Assembly: GCF_000315625.1 (NCBI RefSeq)
Contig: NW_005434532.1
Span: 33,410-97,409, forward strand
Length of the DNA: 64,000 bases
Direction: 5' to 3'
From: Guillardia theta CCMP2712
Taxonomy: Eukaryota > Protista > Cryptophyta
Part shown: positions 48,084-59,891 of the stretch, in pieces
Layout of the letters: every line of letters begins with the position of its first letter
Position numbering within the stretch: the first letter of the stretch is position 1
The notes under the pieces: generated by a model
Database searches by the model: none
Seen by the model: the letters and a program-made list of their open reading frames with translations, nothing else
What the model was told of the DNA's origin: nothing
Program-made: the position numbers and the translations under genes

Positions 48084-50255
48084 CTCTTCCTCCTCTTCCT
48101 CCTCTTCTTCTTCCTCCTCTTCTCCCCTCCCCCCCCCCTCACGTCTGCTCAGGTCACGCTGGGTGTTCTTCCTTTCATCGCCTGCCCACAAGGCGATGCC
48201 GCAGGGATGGTGGGAGAAGCCCTCAACAAGAAGCTCTCGGAGCACGTGACCCCTCATGTGTGCTGCACGTGACCCGCACGTGACGTTGGACGGCAGGTCA
48301 GGAACACCAACAACCTCTTCAAGGATCACGCCTACAGCCCCAACGCGGTGAGAGGCCGAGGAGACGGAGATCTGAGTGACTTGTCCCGGCCCGCAGCACT
48401 CTCGCCCCGTCCTCATCATCCTCGACCGCTCTCAAGACTTGTCGGTGAGTCGCCAGGCGGCAGCCCTGCAGCGCTGAGCTCGAGCATGGCGGCAGGTGAA
48501 CCTGCAGCACGCGTGGACCTACGAGGCAATGCTGCATGACATTCTGGGGATGAAGCTCAACAAGGTGTCGGTACAGCCCTGCCCTCCTGCCGTCTTGTCA
48601 CTTCTGCTCGTTCCAGGTGACGATCAACGAGCAAGTCGGAGATGGCAGTGGAAGAAAGAAGGTAGCAGCGCATGTTCCAGCTCGAGCTTTTGAGTTGACG
48701 TCGTCGCTTCCAAGTCTTCGGTCTACGACCTCAGCGTTCAGGACGCGTTCTGGGTGGACAACAGCGGGAAGGTGACGGAGGAGGAGCGGAGAAGTCGATC
48801 CTGACTTGTGGCCCTCAGCCCTTCCCCAGCGTCACTGATGACATCGAGGACAAGCTGAATACCTGGAAGAGTGAATATGATGCGATAGGCGCGCAGGGGG
48901 TTCGTCCTCCTCCTTCTCCTGATCCTCCTCCTTCTCCTCTTCCTCCTCCTCCTCTTCCTCCTTTCCCTTCTCCTTCTTCTTTTCCTTCTCTTGATCTTCC
49001 CCTTCGTCGCCTTTTCCTCCTCAAGTTCTACCTGCTACTCAATCTCCCGTCCTCGCCCCCGCTCCGTCTCCTCTCGTCGTCTCCATCCTCGCCAACATCG
49101 ACGTTGTCTTCCTCGCTCCCTCTCTCCCTGCCCTTTCCGTCCTCGTGGTGACCGATCTCTCAGAACGTTGTCTCGGACATGCCGCAAGGAGGAGGGATCG
49201 ACGCTCTGACCCGAGCGGCGCAGCTGGTGCCAGAGCTGACGGAGAGGAAGAGGCTGCTGGACATGCACACAAACATCTGTACGTCGCTGCTCAACGAGAT
49301 AAAGGCGAGCGCCTTTCTCAGCTCGGCTGCCAGCTGAAGTCTCTGCAGGAGAGGGAGCTCGACAACTTCTTCTCGCTCGAGTCTGCGATCGTCTCCGGCT
49401 CAGTCTACAACGCCAAGTCAGCGCTGATGCAGGCAAGGAGGGAGGAGGAGGAGCTGAGAGGAGCTGAAGAAGAGGAGCAGGTGTTTGGTCCAGACGCTCT
49501 GGGGAGCCCGGAGGACAAGCTGAGGCTCTTTGTCATTTACTATCTATGCAACCCTTCCTTGTCCGAAGCTGACGTGGCCGAGTGAGTGGGAGATCCCATC
49601 GTCCCTTTTGCTTCCCTTTCCCTTCTCCTCCTTTCTCCTCCGCTTCCACTTTCTTGTTGTTCCTTTCCCTTCTCCGCCCCCTTGCTCCTCCTCTTCCTTC
49701 CCTCCCCCGCCTCATCCACCTCGTTCTTGTTCTTTCCTGGCTCCCCTTCATGTTGCCGTACTTCTCTTCTTGCTCTATCCTCAGCTCCACACCCGTTCTG
49801 TGGTCCTCCCCTCCTCGTCCCTCGTCTCAAGGATCTGAGCGTGACGAGTCCACTGGCAGGTATGAGGGCGCTCTTTCCAAGCTTGGCGTCGACATGTCAC
49901 TGTCAAGCTATCTCAAGGTCTTCCTTCCCCAGCTGTAACTCGAACTGATGAAGGAGCCGCAGTACCTCAAGAAGATGAAAGCGTTGAGCTCTCGAGCAAT
50001 CTCCATGGCGAAAGGATCAGCGGGAGGAGGAGGCGGCAGCTTGTCGCTCACGGTCAGGCTCGTTCTGTCCCTGCCCAAGCTGACAGTCAGCAGGACATCA
50101 TGTCCCAGTTCAAGGCGGGGACAGAGACTGCGACTGGATTGCTGAAATCGGTGGCCGCATCAGTCGGGTAATGCAAGACACCTCATCATGTTGTCATCGT
50201 CATCATCTCCATCATCTCCATTATCATCATCGTCATCATCATCATCATCATCATC

Positions 50256-50314
<59 letters not shown>

Positions 50315-50318
50315 CGAC

Positions 50319-50403
<85 letters not shown>

Positions 50404-51309
50404 TCTCCTAGTACTTCAACTGCTGCTGCTCTGCTCAACTCCCTATTTTTTGTTTTATCCTACTTCATCTCCGCTCCCTTCCTCCTTCTCATCTCATCCA
50501 GCTCCTCTTTCATCACCTCCTACTCCTCCCACTCCTTGATTTCCAGCAGTAACCCTTCCTTCTTCGCCTTCATACCTCCCTCCCCCTCTCACCCATTCGC
50601 CTCCTCCTCCTGACTCGTCTGGCTGGACGCAGCGGCAAGAAAGATCTCCCCGTCACGCGCCTCGTGGACTCCATCATGGAGAATCGAGTAGGAAGTGAAG
50701 CGGAGAACTTCATGCTGCTGGACCCCAACATTCAGGTTAATCTCCTGCTCCTCATCCACCTTCTCCACCACCACCACCTTCTTCTCCTTCTCCTTCTCCT
50801 TCTCCTTCTCCTTCTCCTTCTCCTTCTCCTTCTCCTTCTCCTTCTCCTTCTCCTTCTCCTTCTCCTTCTCCTTCTCCTTCTCCCTCTCCCTCCATCTCCT
50901 CTGCCTCCTGCTTTATCACTGACAGCAAGTAGCACAAGAGCGCTCAGATGTCGTCCAACGCTACAAGGAAGCCTTTCCGGGAGGCTATCGTCTTCATGGT
51001 GAGAACTGATGTGCTTGGATAGGGAGGGAGGGAGGGAGGGAGGGAGGGAGGGAGGGAGGGAGGGAGGGAGGGAGGATTTGACTGTCGGGCAGGTTGGCAG
51101 CGGGAACTACATCGAGTATCAAGACCTGCAAGACTACGCGAGGAGGGGAGGGGCAGGTGTGGGGGTCAAGAACGTGGTCTACGGGAGCACAGAGCTCGTG
51201 ACGGTTGTTGCTTGTGTTTGCAGACCTTCAAGACTGACGGGACCAACAGGCGTCAGAATTCCTGCAGCAGCTGAACGCGTTAGGAAAGAAGAAGTTCAGC
51301 AGCATCTGA
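46621..51309 (+). CDS. SLY1: Sec1/Munc18-family protein SLY1/SCFD1, many exons
   Basis: SIRNKQI|DCFERMLNFNN; WKILIYD; LRRHGVTLHL; RPVLIILDR; LQHAWTYEAMLHDILGMKLNKV; LPELTERKRLLDMHTNI; EDKLRLF; EAIVFM|VGSGNYIEYQDL; VVYGSTEL. Confidence 0.95.
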
Positions 51310-51838
51310 GGAGAGAAGGGAAGGGGGGGGGGAAGGGAGGGGGGAGGGGGAAGGAATTTTATTGATGAATATGAGGCACAGAAAAGCTGTACGAGGGATT
51401 GATAGCACGAGGAAAAGAGAGGAAGAGAAAAGGAAGTGAAGTATGAGGCGTTGAGATGTCTCCTGCACTTCTTGTCAAGATCATGCCCATGTTCACTCGT
51501 GCGTTTATCAAGAATTTCCTCAGCTAAGTCATTCTGATTGCTGCAGAGAGCAATCGTTGTCGGTGCTGAACCTTCCCTAAGGCCTTGAGATACGTGCACA
51601 TCGACCTCATGGAGGCAAACTCCAACATGCTCCTCCTCTCTCAATCCGGTGCTGCAGGCAGGCAGCGAAGGCAAAACCGAAGGCCAAGAAAACAAGTGCA
51701 TCGATGATGAGAAAAACCTTCAAGACGATAGCACCCTCACAAACAACTGCCGAGCTTGCTCCCTCTCTCCTCAACGCGATTCACTCATTTGCATCCGGGG
51801 CGTTAAGACATCACAACCACTGCAGCTCCAACCGAGTG

Positions 51839-52849
51839 TCAGTTTGAAGGAGACACCGTTAGGTTGAGCTTGTCGATCTTCTTCCAGATCTTGCAGATGT
51901 GGTAGTGGTTGTTGACCAGGCACGCCAGGTCTGCCCCGATGATGCTGTAGAAAGGCTTCGCGATCGTGTGATGGAAGATCACGATGGAGCCAAGCTCGGT
52001 CGCATCCCACAAGCTCTGATTCCTTAGAGCCACGACCGCGTTGTAGTTGTACACGTCCGGCAGGAGCATCGATCTGTGCTCGAAGTACTTGTTCAGGAAG
52101 CCTTGCTCCGACATCTTGGCATCAAACTCCAGCGTGGTGATGCTTGCGATGAGGTCGACAAACAGCCGCCTGTCCGGAATCACCAGCATCATCCCCGCGT
52201 TCGCCGACGATCCTTTGAACACGCTGTAGGGCTGGTCATGCACCCACCCCAGGTTGAGCTTCCTGGCCTTGAGCTCGGGTACATAGCGGTCGAAGAGCGG
52301 CATCATGTCTCCCAGCACCGACATGTCTGAGTCCAGGAACAACACCGCCTTGTACTGCGTCGCGTTGAACACGTGCAGCTTCGTGAAGAGAGGGATGAAG
52401 CGAGGAGAGTCGACCTTGGCTATCATGCTCTCCGGCATCTTGATCTCGGGTACCAGCACGAGCTTCCATCCCACCTCCTTCATCCTCTGCAGGTCTGCCT
52501 GGAACGAGGGCTCTCTCGCTACCTCGTCGATCACCAGCGAGATGGTCTCGACGCGGCAGCTGTCAAGCTTCCCGAACAAGGTGATGCTCTTCCTCAGCGT
52601 GGTCGCTCCTCTCGGGTAGTCCGGATCTGTGCTGGATATGATGGTGAAGACAGCGTACTCGCGGGTCGAGTTGCACCGTGGGGCGCCCTTGAGCTTCTGC
52701 TCGTACTCGCTGAGCATCCTCGTGACGAGGAGGTCGGAGAAGGACTGGTCCGAGGAGACCAGGTTGGAGACGATCTCGAAGACCGTGACAGCGAGCACGC
52801 AGAAGCAAGTGAGCTTGTTGAGACAGGCCATGTTAAGTCCTATCGCCAT
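51839..52849 (-). CDS. GT8-family glycosyltransferase (glycogenin-like fold, N-terminal signal anchor), copy 1, intronless
   Basis: FTKLHVFNATQYKAVLFLDSD (DxD); NAGMMLVIP; EQGFLNKYF; LPDVYN; IFHHTIAKPF. Hydrophobic LTCFCVLAVTVFEIV near the N-terminus. Confidence 0.93.
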   Translation of the reverse strand: MAIGLNMACLNKLTCFCVLAVTVFEIVSNLVSSDQSFSDLLVTRMLSEYEQKLKGAPRCNSTREYAVFTIISSTDPDYPRGATTLRKSITLFGKLDSCRVETISLVIDEVAREPSFQADLQRMKEVGWKLVLVPEIKMPESMIAKVDSPRFIPLFTKLHVFNATQYKAVLFLDSDMSVLGDMMPLFDRYVPELKARKLNLGWVHDQPYSVFKGSSANAGMMLVIPDRRLFVDLIASITTLEFDAKMSEQGFLNKYFEHRSMLLPDVYNYNAVVALRNQSLWDATELGSIVIFHHTIAKPFYSIIGADLACLVNNHYHICKIWKKIDKLNLTVSPSN

Positions 52850-53900
52850 TGATGTAGCGATATCAAGTCTCAGGGAGCTTGGTTTGAACAAAAACCTGTA
52901 GGATCTCGTTCAAGAGGCAGGTTGTTAGCGGGATTGACAAGGTCAAGGGCGGAGAAGAGAGGAGAGGAGGAGGGTATCTCAGGAGCACAGCCTCTCAATG
53001 CTCGCCTAGCTCTTCTCTTCTCTCTTGTCTTCTTCCCCCTCTTCCCGCTGCCCGTCCCATGCACATGGGCGTCAGCAACACAGGCCGGGCCTGGGTAGGG
53101 CCTGACACGCTTCAATTTTAGAGTACGCCAATTAGAGTACGACTGTAATTAAAGGACGCATATGCAGTTTGGAAGGATGGGCCTGCAGAGCTTGAGGCAT
53201 TCAAGAACATACCAAGTGAAGAGATTTTAATCTACACACGTCTACCACATAGCGTGTCAAAGAGTCACACGTTTATACTCGTTCACACACGTTTAGGTAT
53301 TGGTATGTCGAGCCCCATCAAAGGTACATGTAATTCATTCAAGGCACTGAGGAGTCTGTCTCGCACGAGTGACATGCGCCTCTACTGTAATCAAACCCAG
53401 GGGGGCTGATATGACCGTCAGCGCTTGAATGTGCCTGTCGTATTGAGGATGGACATCAGTCTTCGTCGGAACGCAGTGTCGGCAAGCATTAGTCGGCAAA
53501 CAGTGCCAAGAATAGATTTGTCCAGGCATATGAGGACAAACAAGAGATGTGCGCTTGTCCAGTCATATCTCGATGCTCCACAGAGGCAGGTCGTCCACAG
53601 AGGCAGGGCGTTGCAAATTCCCATGTCTGTCGATGGATTTGCCATGAACTTGCTCTCTGTAGAGGTAGTCTCTATGTGCAGCGATGTTGGGCTTCAAAGC
53701 GCCTAAGGAATCGATTGAAGGCCTAGAGATCTCGTGGTCGAGTTGGAACGTGTGGGAAATAGCGCTAGTGCCAGGTTGATTCTTGTTCGTTCCGCCAGCT
53801 TCCATGGTCAGGATGGTTGGATGGTTACAGATAACAGTCATGTTGTTGTCTTCCTGACAACAACGTGCTCAATGAAGTTGAGGGTACTTTCGAGCACTTT

Positions 53901-53978
53901 GCACGATGAGACTGTGGAGGAGACAGGAGGAGAAGCTGATGCACGATGAGACTGTGGAGGAGACAGGAGGAGAAGCTG
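53901..53978. repeat. 40-bp tandem duplication
   Basis: gcacgatgagactgtggaggagacaggaggagaagctg occurs twice. Confidence 0.9.
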
Positions 53979-54819
53979 TCGATAAGGAGGAGCTCGCCCA
54001 AGAGAGTGAGGGGGTGAGGCTCAGCAATAGAGGCAACTTACGCTCCTCTCTGGACCGAAAGGACTTCTTTTCGCAGCTACTTTGAGATTGACCTACCCCC
54101 ACCCTTGGTCTGACCAGCAGAAAGCTCCACCCCTGCCGGTAGGAAGCTCAGAAGCAAACTTGTTTACTACTGCTGGTCCGGTCAGCAAAGAGAGAGGGTA
54201 CCGGAGTACCTGCAGTCTTTACTCAAGATTAAGTAAAGATCTTATTGGACAGCATAGGAAGTGTCGTGATGATAAGCAAGGCGTCGATCCGATAGTCTCA
54301 GCACATGTAGCGTAAGACAGCACGGAAAGTCAATTGCTCAACACGCTACTAGTCTACAGACAAGAGGCCCGTAAACCTGCCAAGCACTCAAGCCTGTCAC
54401 ATTGATGTTTTTGGAGCTTGATAGCAGTACCTACATTGAGAATCCGCCCGCTGAGTTGAGTTGACTACACGGCCCCGTATCAAATCTTGAATCACTAAGC
54501 CACTTGCCTTCTGGTTAGAAATCGGAAGGGCTAGAAGAGAAGATTGAAAGGACAGTAGGAACGCGTTGAAATCGTTGCGATTTGGAATGAAATACCATTC
54601 TAGTATGAACTTTATGGACAAAATCATCTCTTTTGAAGAGATACGAAGACAATAGAGTAATCACTGACTCAACTACCTTCACAGTTCTTGTGCACAAACA
54701 ACATACCTCGTCTCGTTCTGTCTATTGACTGTTTTGCAGACTGATCTACCTTGCACATGGGAATCAGAGGTACAAATCAGTTCCCAGCGCCAGCCTTTAC
54801 TCAGATGATCTCCTGCGGT

Positions 54820-55119
54820 CTAGAGTTTGAGCTCCTCTCCCGTTGCAGCAAGCACGACAGGTCGCTTGGCATTGCTCAGCAGCTCGATGCAATGTGCAAG
54901 AGCTCTCAGCTGCCTCGTCTTGTACTCTGGCAGCGACAGCTTCTCGTCATGGATCTCCTGATCATAGTCTTTTGTCCGATCTGCGCATGTCTTGCCATGT
55001 CTTGCCGGCGTTAGAGAGGTAACGGAATGGAGCCCAAAGCAGTCTCCGTCCTCATCGCCTGGGATCTCACTCCTAAGGTCCGAGAAGCAGAGCTGCTCGA
55101 ATGACAGCTCGCAGAGCAT
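54820..55119 (-). CDS. Probable first exon of an unknown gene or pseudogene extending toward ~53340
   Basis: 99-aa ORF with coding-like composition. Downstream fragments could not be spliced confidently. Confidence 0.35.
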   Translation of the reverse strand: MLCELSFEQLCFSDLRSEIPGDEDGDCFGLHSVTSLTPARHGKTCADRTKDYDQEIHDEKLSLPEYKTRQLRALAHCIELLSNAKRPVVLAATGEELKL

Positions 55120-55275
55120 GGCAGCGCCAGAGCACCGAGGACGTATCTTGTGAAAGTGTTAGGGAGCAGGAGGGGAGGGGGGATAGAGGGGGGTTCTGCA
55201 GAGATGCGACTCCGGGGACGGTACTAGGCTACGTGAGCCTCCCCGTCATGCCGCCGCAATTGCCGCACTAGCAGC

Positions 55276-55383
55276 GATGGAAACTCAGCAGACGACTGAC
55301 AGTGATGGACTCTCAGCAGACGACTGACAGTGATGGACTCTCAGCAGACGACTGACAGTGATGGACTCTCAGCAGACGACTGA
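55276..55383. repeat. 28-bp minisatellite, ~4 copies
   Basis: Unit gatggactctcagcagacgactgacagt. Confidence 0.9.
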
Positions 55384-55752
55384 TCGGACAGTGAATGTCC
55401 CGGTTGAATGTCATCAAGTTATTCAGAGATCAAACCATCGTACCTTCACTGAGGCAAACCTAGGCTAGCCATGCTGACCCTTAGCAGCCCTCAGCCTAGC
55501 CATGCTGACTCGGCGTTACTTGTTGTACGTCTCCCACAGCTACCTGGGTACAACTTGGCAAGCTTGACTTCAACCCTGCTGCTCGTTCCAAGGCAGATAC
55601 GTACTCTACTTGTACTTCGTTTTTGAACAATTTCGGTGCGGCCATCGATCAACTGATGTCAAACTGAGGTGGAGGATCGAGCGAGTTGAGAACGGGAATG
55701 ATCGGCGCAGGACCTGAGATGGCTCGTCATCATCCCACCTCGCCAGCTGAGC

Positions 55753-56192
55753 GGTTTGTATATTACACTCAAACAGATGGAGGTTTGCATATTACACTCA
55801 AACAAGATGGAGGTTTGTACATTACACTCAAACAAGGTGGAGGTTTGTACATTACACTCAAACAAGATGGAGGTTTGTACATTACACTCAAACAAGATGG
55901 AGGTTTGTACATTACACTCAAACAAGGTGGAGGTTTGTATATTACACTCAAACAAGGTGGAGGTTTGTACATTACACTCAAACAAGGTGGAGGTTTGAAT
56001 ATTACACTCAAACAAGGTGGAGGTTTGTATATTACACTCAAACAAGGTGGAGGTTTGTACATTACACTCAAACAAGGTGGAGGTTTGAATATTGCACTCA
56101 AACAAGGTGGAGGTTTGTACATTACACTCAAACAAGGTGGAGGTTTGTACATTGCACTCAAACAAGGTGGAGGGGTGTATATTACACTCAAA
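55753..56192. repeat. 30-bp minisatellite, ~15 copies
   Basis: Unit tacattacactcaaacaaggtggaggtttg with point variants and no spacers. Confidence 0.97.
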
Positions 56193-56289
56193 GATGAAGT
56201 AGACTAACTGAGAGTTGGGTAGATCGAGGATACCAGGGGACGTGCGCCCCTTTGAAGTTCCCTGTTGATGGGAAGCTGGAAGTCTGCAG

Positions 56290-57226
56290 CTAGTATTTGG
56301 TGCACGCTGCTGGGGTCTGAGAGTGATCCCATGCTGACGGCAGCCCGAGAGATTGCTCGTGCCTGCGCTTGAGGATGTCGATGATAAACATGTAGGCAGC
56401 GAGCACCTGGCAAGGAGTTTGAGCGAGCGAACGTACTTGCATTCCAAACTCACCATGATGCTCGATAAACCCCCGAGCAAGAAGGAGGCAAGAGAACCTT
56501 GAAAGCCGCTAGTGCAGGAGTAAGTTTCAACATCACAACATGTCAGGAGCTTCACCTTCCATAGCCCTTTGTCTCGCTCTCATCCTGATTCAGCCTTGCA
56601 GGCTGATGTGGAAACATGTCGCCAAAGGAAGAGGAGGAACCAGCCGTCTTCCATCCTCTGAGCTGTTTGACTTCCTGCATGAAGGAAGAGACTTCTGACA
56701 GACACTCGTGGGTCAAGTCTGCCAGGTTGACGCGGATGCAGTCACGAGCCTTGCGAAATTCGCCGATGGCAGCTGGACACTTGACTTTGAGGTCTTGATC
56801 GCATGCAGAGTGCAAGGCAACGAGGCTGTGGGCGATGCTCTCGACCAGGTCCAGGCAGGGAGGCACAAGCTCAGCCGAGTGCTCGTCCATGCATGTCACG
56901 ATCTCCTCCACATCGTCCATGTCCGCGACTCTGAATGCACAGAAACGATGGAAATCAGCAAGACAAACCTGCGCACCAGCTTCAAGTGCTTCCCCATTGG
57001 CATAAATGCCTGAATCAGCCCTAATCCACGCCGATGATCCCTCGGTAGGAACAAATGAGTGAACGCCGGGATGGGATCCGTTGGGGCCGCCAGGGTGAGG
57101 GCCTGAGCCTGAGCCTGAGCCTGGACCCTGAGGGCCTTTGCCAAGAACGTGCTGCAGCGCAGATGCAAGCTCGGATGCATGGGAGTGTACGCCGGGATGG
57201 GTACCGTTGGGGCCGCCAGGGTGAGG

Positions 57227-57261
<35 letters not shown>

Positions 57262-57490
57262 GACCCTGAGGGCCTTTGCCAAGAACGTGCTGCAGCGCAG
57301 ATGCAAGCTCGGATGCATGGGAGTGTACGCCGGGATGGGTACCGTTGGGGCCGCCAGGGTGAGGGCCTGAGCCTGAGCCTGAGCCTGGACCCTGAGGGCC
57401 TTTGCCAAGAACGTGCTGCAGCGCAGATGCAAGCTCGGATGCTAGGGAGTGTACGCCGGGATGGGTACCGTTGGGGCCGCCAGGGTGAGG

Positions 57491-57537
<47 letters not shown>

Positions 57538-57640
57538 GACCCTGAGGGCCTTTGCCAAGAACGTGCTGCAGCGCAGATGCAAGCTCGGATGCTAGGGAGT
57601 GTACGCCGGGATGGGTACCGTTGGGGCCGCCAGGGTGAGG

Positions 57641-57693
<53 letters not shown>

Positions 57694-57796
57694 GACCCTG
57701 AGGGCCTTTGCCAAGAACGTGCTGCAGCGCCGATGCAAGCTCGGATGCATGGGAGTGTACGCCGGGATGGGTACCGTTGGGGCCGCCGGGGTGAGG

Positions 57797-57843
<47 letters not shown>

Positions 57844-58072
57844 GACCCTGAGGGCCTTTGCCAAGAACGTGCTGCAGCGCCGATGCAAGCTCGGATGCTA
57901 GGGAGTGTACGCCGGGATGGGTACCGTTGGGGCCGCCAGGGTGAGGGCCTGAGCCTGAGCCTGAGCCTGGACCCTGAGGGCCTTTGCCAAGAACGTGCTG
58001 CAGCGCAGATGCAAGCTCGGATGCATGGGAGTGTACGCCGGGATGGGTACCGTTGGGGCCGCCAGGGTGAGG

Positions 58073-58119
<47 letters not shown>

Positions 58120-58482
58120 GACCCTGAGGGCCTTTGCCAAGAACGTGCTGCAGCGCAGATGCAAGCTCGGATGCATGGGAGTGTACGCCGGGATGGGTAC
58201 CGTTGGGGCCGCCGGGATGAGGGCCCTGAGGGCCTCCATGTGGACCAGGGTGAGGTGCAGGGATAGGGGTCGGCTTGTTTGGTCCTGGAGGAGTTTGAGG
58301 TTTGTCACAGAGTCCTGTTGTGACGATTGCAACTAGTATCGTTGCTTGAATGATCTATGTAGATTCTTAGTTAGTACATGTACACAATATTTGTCTGCTC
58401 AGTTTTGTTTCATTCCACACCTCAAGCAGACAACAAAGCTCTATTGCTCGGAGTCACTGTCTTACTTGGATCGATTCACCAT
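56290..58482 (-). CDS. Type-I membrane glycoprotein (~660 aa): signal peptide, 8 Gly/Pro/His/(GS)n repeats, two GLG1-type Cys-rich repeats, TM helix, short tail
   Basis: A stop-free 1777-nt exon (56556-58332) reads AIVTTGLCDKPQ..[PHPGGPNGTHPGVHSHASELASALQHVLGKGPQGP(GS)nG]x8..VCLADFHRFC..CMDEHSAELVPPC..ACDQDLKVKC..CIRVNLADLTHEC. Exons 56454-56508 and 56290-56406 give SLASFLLGGLSSIM|VLAAYMFIIDILKRRH..KY*. Phases are consistent. The first small exons (MVNRSK|QILCT) are less certain. Confidence 0.8.
57064..58236. repeat. Coding VNTR: 8 units of 126-156 bp with nested (GCCTGA)n
   Basis: Units differ in length only by multiples of 6 bp, plus a few SNPs. Confidence 0.97.
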
Positions 58483-58596
58483 GTTGCTCACAGTGTATCC
58501 TTCTCCTCCCTTACATGTTTCATGTTGCTCACAGCGTATCCTTCTCCTCCCTTACATGTTTCATGTTGCTCACAGCGTATCCTTCTCCTCCCTTAC
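58481..58596. repeat. 41-bp minisatellite, ~2.8 copies
   Basis: Unit atgttgctcacag(t/c)gtatccttctcctcccttacatgtttc, abutting the predicted start codon of the repeat glycoprotein. Confidence 0.92.
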
Positions 58597-58934
58597 CTTG
58601 GATGCTTCGAGCATGGTGTTTGTGCGGCTTTGCTTCCCCCCACCTTTTATATTGCACGTCCGCAGGGTGGTCAGTTGCTTAGGGGTAGTCTTAGTTCCTT
58701 GTAAGGTACCATGTCCCCGTGAGACTAGTGATGCAATAGAAAAATGATGGTACTAGAGGGCACTAGTTCTCAGGTTTCGAGGAGGGACAGCATCTCACTG
58801 GGGGTAGGGTGTGGCAATCGGGAAATGACCAATGTTTTTTACTCGAAAAGACGTCTTTTCGATTTTTACTGCATTTGTTGCCAGAGGAAACAGAGGAAGC
58901 GAAGCCTCTGCTCCCGACAATGGAGGCGACTGAG

Positions 58935-59585
58935 CTGACGGTGAGCACGATGACCGATGACTGACCGGCGACCCGGCGGCGGTCATCGGTGGCATGCCAG
59001 GGGCCGGGGTGGGAGGGCGGTGCCATGGCAGCCTGGGCTACCGTGCCGCCGTCGGAGTGCGCGGCGGCGGCACTGCCGGCTGTCCGAGTGGCACTGAGCG
59101 GGCTGCCGGCCGGGCCGCGCACGGGGACTCAGCGGCGGCCGTCGCGGCGTCCATATGACCGTTCGCGGATACTGCCGGTAGCGGCGGCTCGGGCCCCCGC
59201 CGGGGCCCGGCTGGGCGGCCGGGCCCGGGGCCGCCCGGCCGCAGAGGCCGGCTCAGGCTATCACCGCGCCATTGCTCAACTTTTGGCAAAGTTAAGTTAA
59301 AAATCAGTACGAGGACAATCAGGAGTGTCGCCGAGGAGGCCTGCGGACTCACTGTCCGATACGGTCGGCCCACCTCAGGGCCTCGTAGCCTGGCAAGCAC
59401 CGGGCAGGCCGCCGCCAGGCCATCTGCCGGTGCTACGGTGCTACGGTGACGGTGAGTCACTGAGTCTGAGTGCGTGTGACTGTCTCAGTCTGCAGCCTCC
59501 GCATGACGGGACCGACGGCTTACTGCGGCCGCAAGCCGCATGCACTCACTGACTCAGTAAGTTGACCGGGGCCCGACGCCAGGTT
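58935..59585. other. Very GC-rich intergenic island (same vocabulary as 23940-25110)
   Basis: ggcccggggccgcccggcc, tgagtcactgagtc, cactgactcag. Confidence 0.65.
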
Positions 59586-59891
59586 GCAACCCAATCACAT
59601 TGAATACTATGCCATGATATGGCACGAGCAGCGTCAGCTATTGAGCTATCAACTTGTGACAACAAAGACTGTTCAACTTGAAGGAAGAGACATCCATTCT
59701 TAGTTGTATAGAAGTCGCGAACCGGTAAAACAAAATCACACTGTTTGAAATAATCCAAAAGGTCATGTTAAATATTTTGAATTCGGAAGTTTCCATGAAA
59801 AATGATCAGCACTGTCATGCCTGGTTAACAAGCAGGTTGTACAACAAAATCTCTGAGCGGAACACTCAAGCTTCGCAGAATAGTCTGACTG

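Noticed and set aside
55753-56192. CRISPR array
   Set aside because: Units are contiguous with no unique spacers, there are no cas genes, and the context is eukaryotic.
57055-58266. 403-aa plus-strand repeat ORF (and the AQAQ minus-strand ORFs)
   Set aside because: These are shadow frames. The third minus frame connects in phase to signal, Cys-rich and TM exons, whereas these frames connect to nothing or contain stops.
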